From assembly GCF_020181635.2 (NCBI RefSeq), contig NZ_JAYJJS010000018.1:74061-106060 (forward strand): a stretch of 32,000 nt of DNA. The letters run 5' to 3'. The notes under the pieces are model-generated. The model saw nothing but the letters and a program-made list of their open reading frames with translations. It searched no databases and had not been told where the DNA came from. How positions within the stretch are numbered: the stretch's first letter is position 1; each line of letters begins with the position of its first letter. This document shows positions 17,304 through 25,035 of this stretch, piece by piece. The position numbers were made by a program, and so were the translations under genes. The stretch is from [Mycobacterium] zoologicum. Its GTDB lineage: Bacteria > Actinomycetota > Actinomycetes > Mycobacteriales > Mycobacteriaceae.

Positions 17304-17356
17304 TAACTAGTGAAGGGCCAGGCTGTGTACTATCCGGACATGGCCTGGGCGCAACG

Positions 17357-18127
17357 ATGAGCCGTGAGGCAGCGGGCGCGGCCATCCGGGCCCTGCGGGA
17401 GGCGCGCGACTGGTCGCTGGCAGACCTCGCCGCCGCCACCGGCGTCAGCATCATGGGCTTGAGCTACCTGGAGCGCGGAGCGCGCAAGGCTCACAAAAGC
17501 ACAGTTCAGAAGGTTGAGAATGGGCTCGGCCTGCCGCCGGGCACCTATTCTCGGCTGTTGATGGCCGACGATCCCGACGCCGAACTCGCCCAGTTGATGT
17601 CGGTCGCCGCACCTCCAGCGTCGTCTGCCAGGCCCGCCGGAGCGGTCGTCGTCGACCGCCACAGCGACACTGAAGTCCTGGAGGGATACGCCGAAGCGCA
17701 ACTCGACGCCCTGCGTTCGGTGATCGCCAGACTGCCTTCGGAAGCATCAGACGAATACGAGACGTATATTCTTTCCGTGATCGCGCAGTGCGTGACGGCG
17801 GAGATGTTGGCGGCCAGTTCCTGGCGGGTGGCCGTCAACGCCGGCGCCGGTCACGCGGACCGGCTCATGGCGCACCTGCAGGCGCTGGAAGTCACCCGCG
17901 CCGACCTGTTGGCCCGGATGCCCGCCAGCCTGACCAGCCGGTTCGACCAGGCGTGCACACGCTCGGCGCTGCCGGAACCGGTGATCGCCGGGTTGCTCGG
18001 CATCACCGTCGAGGAGATGTGGGACATCCGGAACACCGGCGTGATCCCGCCGGGAGCACTGGCCCGGGTGCGCGCGTTCGCCGACGCCGAAGCAACCGAC
18101 CGACACAACGAGGGGGCGCAACGGTGA
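17357..18127 (+). CDS. XRE-family helix-turn-helix transcriptional regulator (Rv0023-like)
   Basis: 256 aa starting MSREAAGAAIRALREARDWSLADLAAATGVSIMGLSYLERGARK (HTH_XRE). A second HTH-like segment lies near the C-terminus (LPEPVIAGLLGITVEEMWDIRN). The stop overlaps the next gene's GTG start. Confidence 0.82.
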   Translation: MSREAAGAAIRALREARDWSLADLAAATGVSIMGLSYLERGARKAHKSTVQKVENGLGLPPGTYSRLLMADDPDAELAQLMSVAAPPASSARPAGAVVVDRHSDTEVLEGYAEAQLDALRSVIARLPSEASDEYETYILSVIAQCVTAEMLAASSWRVAVNAGAGHADRLMAHLQALEVTRADLLARMPASLTSRFDQACTRSALPEPVIAGLLGITVEEMWDIRNTGVIPPGALARVRAFADAEATDRHNEGAQR

Positions 18128-18948
18128 ACAGTGAGCTGGACCTGCTGACCAGGGCCCACGCGCTCTTCGGCGCCGGGGGGCAGCCGGCGACGTTGGATGC
18201 CGGACTCGATCGCTATGCCGATCTGCTGGAACGGAACGCGAACAGCTACACCGGCCCGGCGCACGAGCGCTATCGGCAGACGGTAGGTGCCCAGCGGGCA
18301 CGGCTGTTGGCGAATGCGCGTACCGATGCGGCCGCAACGGCTGTGCTGGCCGCCGCGTTCGCCGACCATGCCCACGGCCGGCAGCAGACGGCAGGGGTAC
18401 TGGCCGCGGCGCGCGCCGACGGGCCGGCCGCCGACTCTCCGCTGGCGCAGCGGGAGGCCATGCGCCGGCGCGCGGCACGACTGCGAGCCCAACGTGCCCA
18501 CGTGCTCTCGGCACACCGGCGTGCCCGGGCGCACCGGGCCGGGTTGGCACGGCTGCGGTATCGCGGTGCGCGACGTCGTGTGGACCCGAATCGGTTGCGG
18601 CTGCCCAACACTCGCGCCGGGGCGGCGGTGCGTGCGGCGCTGTCGCGGATCGGCAGACCGTACGTCTGGGGTGCCACCGGGCCGGACCGATTCGACTGCT
18701 CGGGCCTGACCCAGTGGGCGTACCGCCAGGCCGGCGTACCGCTGTCGCGCACCACCTACACCCAGATCTACGACGGAATTCCGGTGGCGCGCTCCGAGAT
18801 TCGGCCAGGTGACCTGGTGTTCCCCAGCACCGGCCACGTCCAGATGGCGATCGGGAACAATCTGGTGGTCGAAGCCCCACACCCCGGTGCGGCGGTTCAG
18901 ATCAGCCCGCTGGGCGGATATGTCGCGATTCGGCGCCCGGTGTCCTGA
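18124..18948 (+). CDS. NlpC/P60 cysteine peptidoglycan endopeptidase with long helical N-terminal region (Rv0024-like)
   Basis: GTG start overlapping the XRE stop (GTGA). The C-terminal domain GRPYVWGATGPDRFDCSGLTQWAYRQAGV...PGDLVFPSTGHVQMAIGNN...EAPHPG carries the Cys and His catalytic residues. I see no N-terminal signal peptide. Confidence 0.82.
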   Translation: MNSELDLLTRAHALFGAGGQPATLDAGLDRYADLLERNANSYTGPAHERYRQTVGAQRARLLANARTDAAATAVLAAAFADHAHGRQQTAGVLAAARADGPAADSPLAQREAMRRRAARLRAQRAHVLSAHRRARAHRAGLARLRYRGARRRVDPNRLRLPNTRAGAAVRAALSRIGRPYVWGATGPDRFDCSGLTQWAYRQAGVPLSRTTYTQIYDGIPVARSEIRPGDLVFPSTGHVQMAIGNNLVVEAPHPGAAVQISPLGGYVAIRRPVS

Positions 18949-19026
18949 GGAGTCCACAGCCCCCGGTCGGGTGAATTGTCGGCGTCGCGTGCCCTGCGTA
19001 GTGTCACCGGCCATGGAGCGGTCAGC

Positions 19027-20373
19027 GTGACGACTCGCGACGACGTGTTGGACGTGATTCACCGGATCGAGACGGCCGGGAACGCGGGTGAGGCGACGCG
19101 TGCGGCACAGGCCGCCTTGACTCTGCCGCTGCCGTCGGCGGGTTATGACCGGGTACTGGATCAGCTGCGCACGGCGTATCCGCGAATCGTCGGCGCGGCA
19201 GCTACCGAGCAGCAGGGCGCCGCAGCACAGGCCATGAAGGAAGCTGAAGCGGAACTGCGCCAACAGCTCTCGGCAACAGCGGAATTCGACCGGCACATCC
19301 TAGAAGCGTTGCGTCACGCCGGCCAGAACACAGTGGAGGGCCGTCGCCGCCTCGACAACCTGGAGGCCGAGATCGTCGGCGCGGCGCGGGCGTGGGATCT
19401 GAGCACCGCGGCCGGGTCCCGCGAGTTCCAGCGTTACCTGATCGGCAAACTGGGCGAGATCATCCGGGTGGTCGCCGCAGCCGACGACGACGACACCGCC
19501 AAGCAGGAGCTGACGACCGCGCTCACGGCGTTGTACACCGACAACACCGGCCGCGATGAGTCATCACCGGCCGCGCAGCCCCCCGCGGGTGTCACCGACC
19601 CGGTGTTGATGCCCGATGTCCCGGCAAAGGCAGGTCCCGACGAGGAGGATCCCTGGCTCGACCCCGACCTGGACGACGCTTACCTCGACGACGAACTGGA
19701 GCCCGAACCCGGTCCTGCGGCCGCAGCGCACTACCAGCCCGGGATGCCGTCGATGCCCCCGAACTTCGGCGGCGAATCGCCGGGCTTCGGCGGAATGCCG
19801 GCGGGGATGTCGCCCGGTTTGCCGCTGGCCGGACTGGGCTCGGACCCGTTCGACGACATCGGTGACCAGGAGTACCCGAGAGAGACCGAGGCCGAAGACG
19901 CTGGGCCGGAGGACAAGGCTGACACGGACACCGCCGCCGACGCTGATGACGCCGGCGGACCCGCACCGGAGCCTCCGGCCGACGACGGGCCGGTGACCGT
20001 GCGGCTGCCGGACGGGCAGACCACTAGCGTCGCCGATCCGCAGCTGGCCGCAGCCATGCAGGCCGCCGCGGACGGCACGCCGGTGGCGGAGGCGTTCCGT
20101 CGGCAGGGGATCGCCATCCCGCCGCCGGGCACACCCGTGACCGCCCCCGTGGACCAGGCGCAACTTCAGCCCGGTGATATCGGGGTGTTCACCGACCGCC
20201 ATGCGCTCGCCGTGGGCGATGGCCGGGCCCTGCTCGACGGGCAGCTCCACCTGGCCGGCAACCTGCGGGGGCCCGGATTCCTGGGCTGGCAGCATCCCCC
20301 GATCCGCGCCGGCGGGCCGGCACCGGTCCCCGAACCCGTCCCTACACACACCGCCGGCTACCGGTGGGCTTGA
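19027..20373 (+). CDS. Large hypothetical protein (Rv0026-like): helical N-domain, acidic/Pro-rich linker, degenerate NlpC/P60-like C-domain
   Basis: The reading frame is open from TTG at 18976. I prefer the GTG at 19027 (VTTRDDVLDVIHRIE), which has GGAG about 11 nt upstream and gives 448 aa. See findings for the C-terminal similarity to the neighbouring NlpC/P60 domain. Confidence 0.7.
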   Translation: MTTRDDVLDVIHRIETAGNAGEATRAAQAALTLPLPSAGYDRVLDQLRTAYPRIVGAAATEQQGAAAQAMKEAEAELRQQLSATAEFDRHILEALRHAGQNTVEGRRRLDNLEAEIVGAARAWDLSTAAGSREFQRYLIGKLGEIIRVVAAADDDDTAKQELTTALTALYTDNTGRDESSPAAQPPAGVTDPVLMPDVPAKAGPDEEDPWLDPDLDDAYLDDELEPEPGPAAAAHYQPGMPSMPPNFGGESPGFGGMPAGMSPGLPLAGLGSDPFDDIGDQEYPRETEAEDAGPEDKADTDTAADADDAGGPAPEPPADDGPVTVRLPDGQTTSVADPQLAAAMQAAADGTPVAEAFRRQGIAIPPPGTPVTAPVDQAQLQPGDIGVFTDRHALAVGDGRALLDGQLHLAGNLRGPGFLGWQHPPIRAGGPAPVPEPVPTHTAGYRWA

Positions 20374-20419
20374 AAATCGCCGTCTCAACCGTCATCGTCG
20401 ACTAGCCAGGGAGGTAAAC

Positions 20420-20734
20420 ATGCCACAGGAGATCCACGTCAACAACGCCGTGCTCACCAAGGCGGCCGGAAACCACCAAGAGACGTCCGAATACCTGGCT
20501 ACCGTGTCGGCCTCCCACGAGGGCATCCGGGCGATGCTGAGCTCGCTCGGGCCGATCTACGGTGACCTGCGTCAGGCCGCGGACTCGATGCTCGACGCCC
20601 GCAAGGGCTGCTACGACAGCCAGGCAGGCGAGCATTCGGACGTGGCCGGCAACCTGCACGGCGCAGTGTCAACGTGGAACAAGCACGAAGACGACGCGGC
20701 CAGGTCCTTCCGGAACCTCACCGATGGGCGCTGA
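20420..20734 (+). CDS. Small helical protein of the EspC-like / type VII secretion target family (Rv0027-like)
   Basis: 104 aa starting MPQEIHVNNAVLTKAAGNHQETSEYL... A GGAGG sequence lies upstream. The length and the helix-turn-helix-hairpin style pattern resemble EspC/DUF2580-type proteins. This family call is by eye only. Confidence 0.6.
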   Translation: MPQEIHVNNAVLTKAAGNHQETSEYLATVSASHEGIRAMLSSLGPIYGDLRQAADSMLDARKGCYDSQAGEHSDVAGNLHGAVSTWNKHEDDAARSFRNLTDGR

Positions 20735-21048
20735 TGACTGAGCCGAATCCGGCATATGACACCGCGCATCCCAGCGGCGACGTGCTGTTCCGGTCCTGCC
20801 GCGGCGGTTATCTGCACAGCGTGGCGCTGAGCGAGACAGCCATGGGGGCCGACGTCTCTCGGCTGGCCGAGGCGATCGTGCTGACGGCCGAGGTGTCGTT
20901 CCTCAAGGCGGCGTTGGAGATCCGGGCCGACATGGTCACCACCGGGCACGCGCCCTCAGCTGCGGTGCCCACCAACGACGATCTTCGGGTGGCCACCGAG
21001 CGTCTGGTGGAACACCGACTGCACGGCGACCGGCACACCGGGCGTTAA
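20734..21048 (+). CDS. YbaB/EbfC-fold (EspL-like) small protein (Rv0028-like)
   Basis: 104 aa starting MTEPNPAYD. The start shares one nucleotide with the upstream stop (TGATG). The core GDVLFRSCRGGYLHSVALSETAMGADVSRLAEAIVLTAEVSF fits the YbaB-like pattern. Confidence 0.6.
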   Translation: MTEPNPAYDTAHPSGDVLFRSCRGGYLHSVALSETAMGADVSRLAEAIVLTAEVSFLKAALEIRADMVTTGHAPSAAVPTNDDLRVATERLVEHRLHGDRHTGR

Positions 21049-21285
21049 GTCACCCACTGCCCGGCGGCATCGGCCCTCGGTGCAATGCCGTCGGGTGCGT
21101 CGATCACCGTGTCACCGAACAGGTTTCGGGCGCGCTCCAGCAGCGCGAGCACTTCGCTCAGCGTTGCTTCACATCCCGTACCCGGGGACCCGACGTCGGC
21201 CATGAAATGCACGCTACCGACCTGCTGTGGGGCTGACAATTCACGACACACAGGGGTTGGGGATAGCCAACGGTACGCTTGCGCG

Positions 21286-22887
21286 GTGGCACTATTCGGT
21301 CGACGGTCGGCGCGCCAGCGCCTCCGGAGCGCGGCCCGGGAGTCGCTGACGATCCCGGCGTTCAGCGCTCCGGTCGACTGCAGTGCCTGGGTGCTCGGCG
21401 GACTGTGGCCCGCAGAGTTGGCGACGGTGACGCCGGCGACGGCTCAGCTGGCCGAGTACCTGGACGCCGATCTGCGGCGCATTGCAGATTCGGCGAACGA
21501 AAAGCTGCATGCGATCGGTCGATCGGGGCTGGCGGGTCAGGCGCGGCAGACCGCCGAGTCCAGAGTGATCAACGTGGCCAGGGCGTTCGCCGTACTTCGG
21601 GTGGAGTCGACGGTGCGCTATCTGCACAACGAGGCCCTGGAGTTTCGTCCGCAGTACGCCAGCCTGAATTCGGCCCCGCCCCCGGCGGCGGTGACCGAGC
21701 AGATCCCGGCCCCGGTAGAGCCGGAACCCGTCGCGGTGGAACTGCCTCGCCCGGTCGATCCGCCCCCGGAGGCCCCGAGACCCGCGGCCCGTCATCGGAT
21801 GCCGGAGCCGGTCGTGGTCGAGGCGCCGCCCGCACCGCTTCCCGAGCCCGAGTCCGAGCCCGCGCCGGTCCCGGAGGTGGCGGAGCCGGCTCCCGAGGTG
21901 CCGGTGGCGGAGGAGCCGGTTGTTGTGCCGCCGGTTGTTGTGGAGCCCGTGTTGGTGGAACCGGTGGTGGCGGAGCCAGTGGTGGAGCCACCGGTTGAGG
22001 TTGTGCTTCCGGTCGAGGTGGTACCAGTCGTCGAGGTGCCCGTCGTCGAGGTGCCGGTTGTGGTCCCGCCACCGGAGCCGGTGGTGGCCCTGCCGCCCCC
22101 GCCCGAGCCGGTTGTGGTCAGGCCGGAGTCTTCCGAGCCGACGGTTCTCATTCCGGTGGAGCCCGAACCGCCCGTCGTCGTCGCGGCCGAGCCCGAACCG
22201 CCCGTCGTACCCGCCACGCCACCCCCGGCCCCGCCGGCCGTGACCGAATCCGATGACCAGCGCCTGCAGCGCCTGCTGGCGTTCGTCGCGCGGCAGGAGC
22301 CCGGCCTGAGCTGGGCCGTCGGCAGCTTCGCCGACGGCAAGACCGTGCTGGTCACCGACTTGGCCCACGGCTGGATCCCGTCCGGGATCGAGCTGCCGGC
22401 CGAAGTGCACCTGCTCGGTCCCGGGCAACGAACCGGCACCGCGGCCGCCATGCTGGGCGACGCAACGGCGTCGGCCATTTACCACCCCGGCGATCGGCTG
22501 GGCTGGGCCAGCGACTTCGGCGTGACCGAAGCCTCGGTACAGCCTCGCGAACTGGACGCCGTCGACGACCTCGGCTGGCAGCTCAGTGAGGCCACCCACT
22601 GGCGTGACGGGCTGCCGCGGATGGCCAACACTCTGGTGAAGGCTGGTGCGACCGGCACCGGTGTGGCCGACGCTGAAATCGACTTACTGCGAGTGCATCT
22701 GGACACCGTGCGCTATCAGCTGCTCGCGCAGTATCCCGGCGCCGACGCCGCTCTGGTGCTCAACTGCATGCTGCTGGCCGCGACCGAGGGCATCGCCGCT
22801 GGCGATGGGGTCTCGGCCAACTACCACTACAGCTGGTTCCGTGCGCTCAGCGCTCCGCAGCCCAGCCAGTGGGACCCGCAGAAGTAA
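21286..22887 (+). CDS. Large Pro/Val/Glu-rich protein with conserved C-terminal domain (Rv0029-like)
   Basis: The frame is open from 21085. I favour the GTG at 21286 (VALFGRRSARQRL). Layout is a helical N-domain, then about 190 aa of PEPV/PVVE repeats, then a C-domain (LQRLLAFVARQEPGLSWAVG...VLVTDLAHGWIP). That C-domain is paralogous to the partial ORF at 31293-32000. The start codon is uncertain. Confidence 0.7.
   Translation: MALFGRRSARQRLRSAARESLTIPAFSAPVDCSAWVLGGLWPAELATVTPATAQLAEYLDADLRRIADSANEKLHAIGRSGLAGQARQTAESRVINVARAFAVLRVESTVRYLHNEALEFRPQYASLNSAPPPAAVTEQIPAPVEPEPVAVELPRPVDPPPEAPRPAARHRMPEPVVVEAPPAPLPEPESEPAPVPEVAEPAPEVPVAEEPVVVPPVVVEPVLVEPVVAEPVVEPPVEVVLPVEVVPVVEVPVVEVPVVVPPPEPVVALPPPPEPVVVRPESSEPTVLIPVEPEPPVVVAAEPEPPVVPATPPPAPPAVTESDDQRLQRLLAFVARQEPGLSWAVGSFADGKTVLVTDLAHGWIPSGIELPAEVHLLGPGQRTGTAAAMLGDATASAIYHPGDRLGWASDFGVTEASVQPRELDAVDDLGWQLSEATHWRDGLPRMANTLVKAGATGTGVADAEIDLLRVHLDTVRYQLLAQYPGADAALVLNCMLLAATEGIAAGDGVSANYHYSWFRALSAPQPSQWDPQK
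21670..22250. repeat. Low-complexity Pro/Glu/Val coding repeats (PEPV, PVVE, EPEPPVV units)
   Basis: Visible in both DNA and protein. For example, gagcccgaaccgcccgtcgt occurs twice about 30 bp apart near 22159 and 22189. VEVPVVEVPVVV and AEPEPPVV are both repeated. Confidence 0.8.
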
Positions 22888-22936
22888 GGCCGGCATTGAA
22901 TTGACGCTACTCACACGGGCTCGACATACTAAGTGA

Positions 22937-23245
22937 ATGTCGGGGCCGGACAGTCGCACGGAACTCAGCGACAGGGACCTCGTCGAGTCCGTGCTGCGGG
23001 ACCTGCGTGAGGCCGCGGAGAAGTGGGAAGCGCTCGTCGCGGAAGCCGAAAACACCACGTACAGCGTCGATCTGGGTGACGTGCGGGCGGTGGCCAATGC
23101 GGACGGGCGGCTGCTGGAGCTGACCCTGCACCCCTGTGTGGTCACCGATTACACCCACGGTGAGTTGGCGGATCGCCTCAACATGGTGTTCACCGCCCTG
23201 CGCGAAGAGGCGGTGGCCGACTTCGAAGCCCGGTACGGCAGCTAG
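22937..23245 (+). CDS. YbaB/EbfC-fold (EspL-like) small protein (Rv0030-like)
   Basis: 102 aa. YSVDLGDVRAVANADGRLLELTLHPCVVTDYTHGELADRLNMVFTALREEA fits the YbaB-like core. Confidence 0.6.
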   Translation: MSGPDSRTELSDRDLVESVLRDLREAAEKWEALVAEAENTTYSVDLGDVRAVANADGRLLELTLHPCVVTDYTHGELADRLNMVFTALREEAVADFEARYGS

Positions 23246-23254
23246 GAGTGATGC

Positions 23255-23278
23255 CGGTCGCGTCACACGCCGCGACCG
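23255..23278. terminator. GC-rich hairpin between convergent genes (possible bidirectional terminator)
   Basis: cggtcgcg-tcacacgc-cgcgaccg forms an 8-bp perfect stem with an 8-nt loop. There is no U-tract, which is common in mycobacteria. Confidence 0.4.
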
Positions 23279-23318
23279 TGGACTGACGCCTCCGGGTGCA
23301 CGCGAATGGGGCCGTTTC

Positions 23319-23720
23319 TCAGATGGAGATGATGTGGACGATGTCCTCAAGGCCGCGAAAATCGTTGGGGTTCCGGGTGTATAGCGGCAGGCCCGCAGCC
23401 AGCGCAGTCGCCGCGATGAGTAGGTCGACAGCGCGCCACCGGGGTTGGCGGCCGGCAGCGACACCGGCGGCGTAGATCCGTCCATACGCCCTCGCGCAGT
23501 CACCGTCGAACGGTAGCGGTTCCACCCAGGATTCGATCTGTTGCAGCCGATCTTGGCGGCGTGCACTTTCGGCCCGGTCGTCGGTCGCATGCGGGCCGGC
23601 GGAGAGCTCAGCCATGGTTACCGCGCTGACAGAAGCCCCTTCGGGGAGATCGGCCGGGACAACAACGTCCAGGTCGATGATGACCGAAGTGTCGAGCAGG
23701 CCGGTACCGGTATCAGCCAC
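23319..23720 (-). CDS. vapC: PIN-domain ribonuclease toxin VapC
   Basis: 133 aa. The conserved acidic residues lie in LLDTSVIIDL, MAELSAG, DLLIAATA and YTRNPNDF. The gene overlaps the upstream antitoxin gene by 8 nt. Confidence 0.88.
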   Translation of the reverse strand: MADTGTGLLDTSVIIDLDVVVPADLPEGASVSAVTMAELSAGPHATDDRAESARRQDRLQQIESWVEPLPFDGDCARAYGRIYAAGVAAGRQPRWRAVDLLIAATALAAGLPLYTRNPNDFRGLEDIVHIISI

Positions 23721-23967
23721 GCGGCGTGATGTCCTGATCGGCGTGGCTGTCGAGGTCCTTGCGGAACCGCGCGTACTCGATGCGCGGAGCGCCGCGGAAG
23801 GCCTCCGCCAGTGCCGGGCCGTTTACGACGTACCGCCGCCGCAGCGGGACCAGTTCCCCCACGGGCACGCCATTGCGGGTGACGACGAACGCTTCTCCTT
23901 CGTCGAGCTTGCGCATGATGTCACCGCTGCTGTTACGCAACTCGCGCTGGCTGATTTCCCGACTCAC
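23713..23967 (-). CDS. vapB: Phd/YefM-type antitoxin (VapB)
   Basis: 84 aa. MSREISQRELRNSSGDIMRKLDEGEAFVVTRNGVPVGELVPL is the typical Phd/YefM N-terminus. Confidence 0.85.
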   Translation of the reverse strand: MSREISQRELRNSSGDIMRKLDEGEAFVVTRNGVPVGELVPLRRRYVVNGPALAEAFRGAPRIEYARFRKDLDSHADQDITPRG

Positions 23968-23999
23968 TCCACGAGTGTAGCGCTGGTGCTACGGGGTGC

Positions 24000-25019
24000 C
24001 TAGATGCTGTAATGCCGCAGCCGCTGCAACCGTCGCATCCCGGCGGCGGCCACCTTCTCCGGGGCCGGGCGCAGCGCCGTCTCCATCCGGGAGCGGACGT
24101 CGTCGGTGTCGAGGTGCGTACCGATCGCGACGAGGTGGCCGGCGCCGGAGCCCGCGGGCGCATTGGCCACATGGACCGACGTGCCGACGACGTTGAACAG
24201 GTAGTGGCGCTTGCCGATAGCCACGGTGCCCTTCATGCGGTAGACGCCACGCGGCGGGCTTTCGAGCAGGTCGATGAGCGGGCCCGGGTCCACGGGGCCG
24301 TCGCCGAGGACGGTCACCGACGCCGCATGCACATGCTCATCGTGATCGTGATCGGGCTCGGCAAGCAGGAGTTCTCGAAAGGACATCTGCCCGTCCTCGC
24401 CGCCGTCGTCGACGTCGTAGAGTAACCGGGGATCGATGCGGCCGGCTATCGCACCCACCACGTACGCGTCGGGATTCAGTTCGCGCACACGGGATTCCAC
24501 CCGGCGCAACGTCTCCTCGCGGGCGTCCTCGGCGATCCGGTCCAACTTGTTGACCACCACCAGCGACGCCGCGCCGTACCGCGGCGGGGGAGCGGGGCCG
24601 GTGTCGACGGTGTCGAAGTGCTCCGCGCCGTCGATGACGTCGACGACACCGCCGTGGCGGATCCGCTCCACCCCGCTGAACCGGATGAGTCGCGATATGG
24701 TCACCGGTTCGGCCATTCCACTGGCCTCGACGATGATCGCGTCCAGCGCGAGCTTCGGGTCGGCGAGCTTCTCCAGCGCGTCGTCGAGCCCGCCCTCGTC
24801 GGGCAGGCAGCAGATGCATCCCCCGGCGATCGAGACGGGTTCGTCGATTTGACCGGTGACCAGTCCGGCGTCGACATTGAGTTCACCGAAGTCGTTGATA
24901 ACCACCCCGATTCGCGCTCCCGGCGCCCGCAGGACATGGTTGAGCAGGGTGGTCTTGCCCGCGCCGAGGTAGCCGGTCAGCGCGATGACAGGGATGGCAG
25001 CAGCGTTCCGGTCGGCCAT
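24000..25019 (-). CDS. COG0523 / CobW-family G3E GTPase metallochaperone
   Basis: 339 aa. Walker A is GYLGAGKTTLL and the metal-binding motif is GCICC. VVNKLD is the NKxD-like motif. A His/Asp-rich stretch (EPDHDHDEHVH) precedes the CobW C-domain. Confidence 0.88.
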   Translation of the reverse strand: MADRNAAAIPVIALTGYLGAGKTTLLNHVLRAPGARIGVVINDFGELNVDAGLVTGQIDEPVSIAGGCICCLPDEGGLDDALEKLADPKLALDAIIVEASGMAEPVTISRLIRFSGVERIRHGGVVDVIDGAEHFDTVDTGPAPPPRYGAASLVVVNKLDRIAEDAREETLRRVESRVRELNPDAYVVGAIAGRIDPRLLYDVDDGGEDGQMSFRELLLAEPDHDHDEHVHAASVTVLGDGPVDPGPLIDLLESPPRGVYRMKGTVAIGKRHYLFNVVGTSVHVANAPAGSGAGHLVAIGTHLDTDDVRSRMETALRPAPEKVAAAGMRRLQRLRHYSI

Positions 25020-25035
25020 CCGGCCATTATCGCGG

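Noticed and set aside
17747-19296. 377-aa and 481-aa minus-strand ORFs
   Set aside because: They are antisense shadow ORFs across the XRE, NlpC/P60 and 19027 genes. Their composition is Arg/Pro-rich with no motifs.
21292-22599. 435-aa and 228-aa minus-strand ORFs, the latter a striking Gly/Thr/Ser-rich sequence (TTGSGGG...)
   Set aside because: The G/T/S repeat is simply the reverse-complement reading of the Pro/Glu/Val repeat. The plus strand is supported by its conserved N- and C-domains and by the paralog at 31293-32000.
23977-23992. Short inverted repeat gtagc-gctggt-gctac upstream of the first vapB, as an operator
   Set aside because: The arms are only 5 bp, which is too weak to call without binding data.
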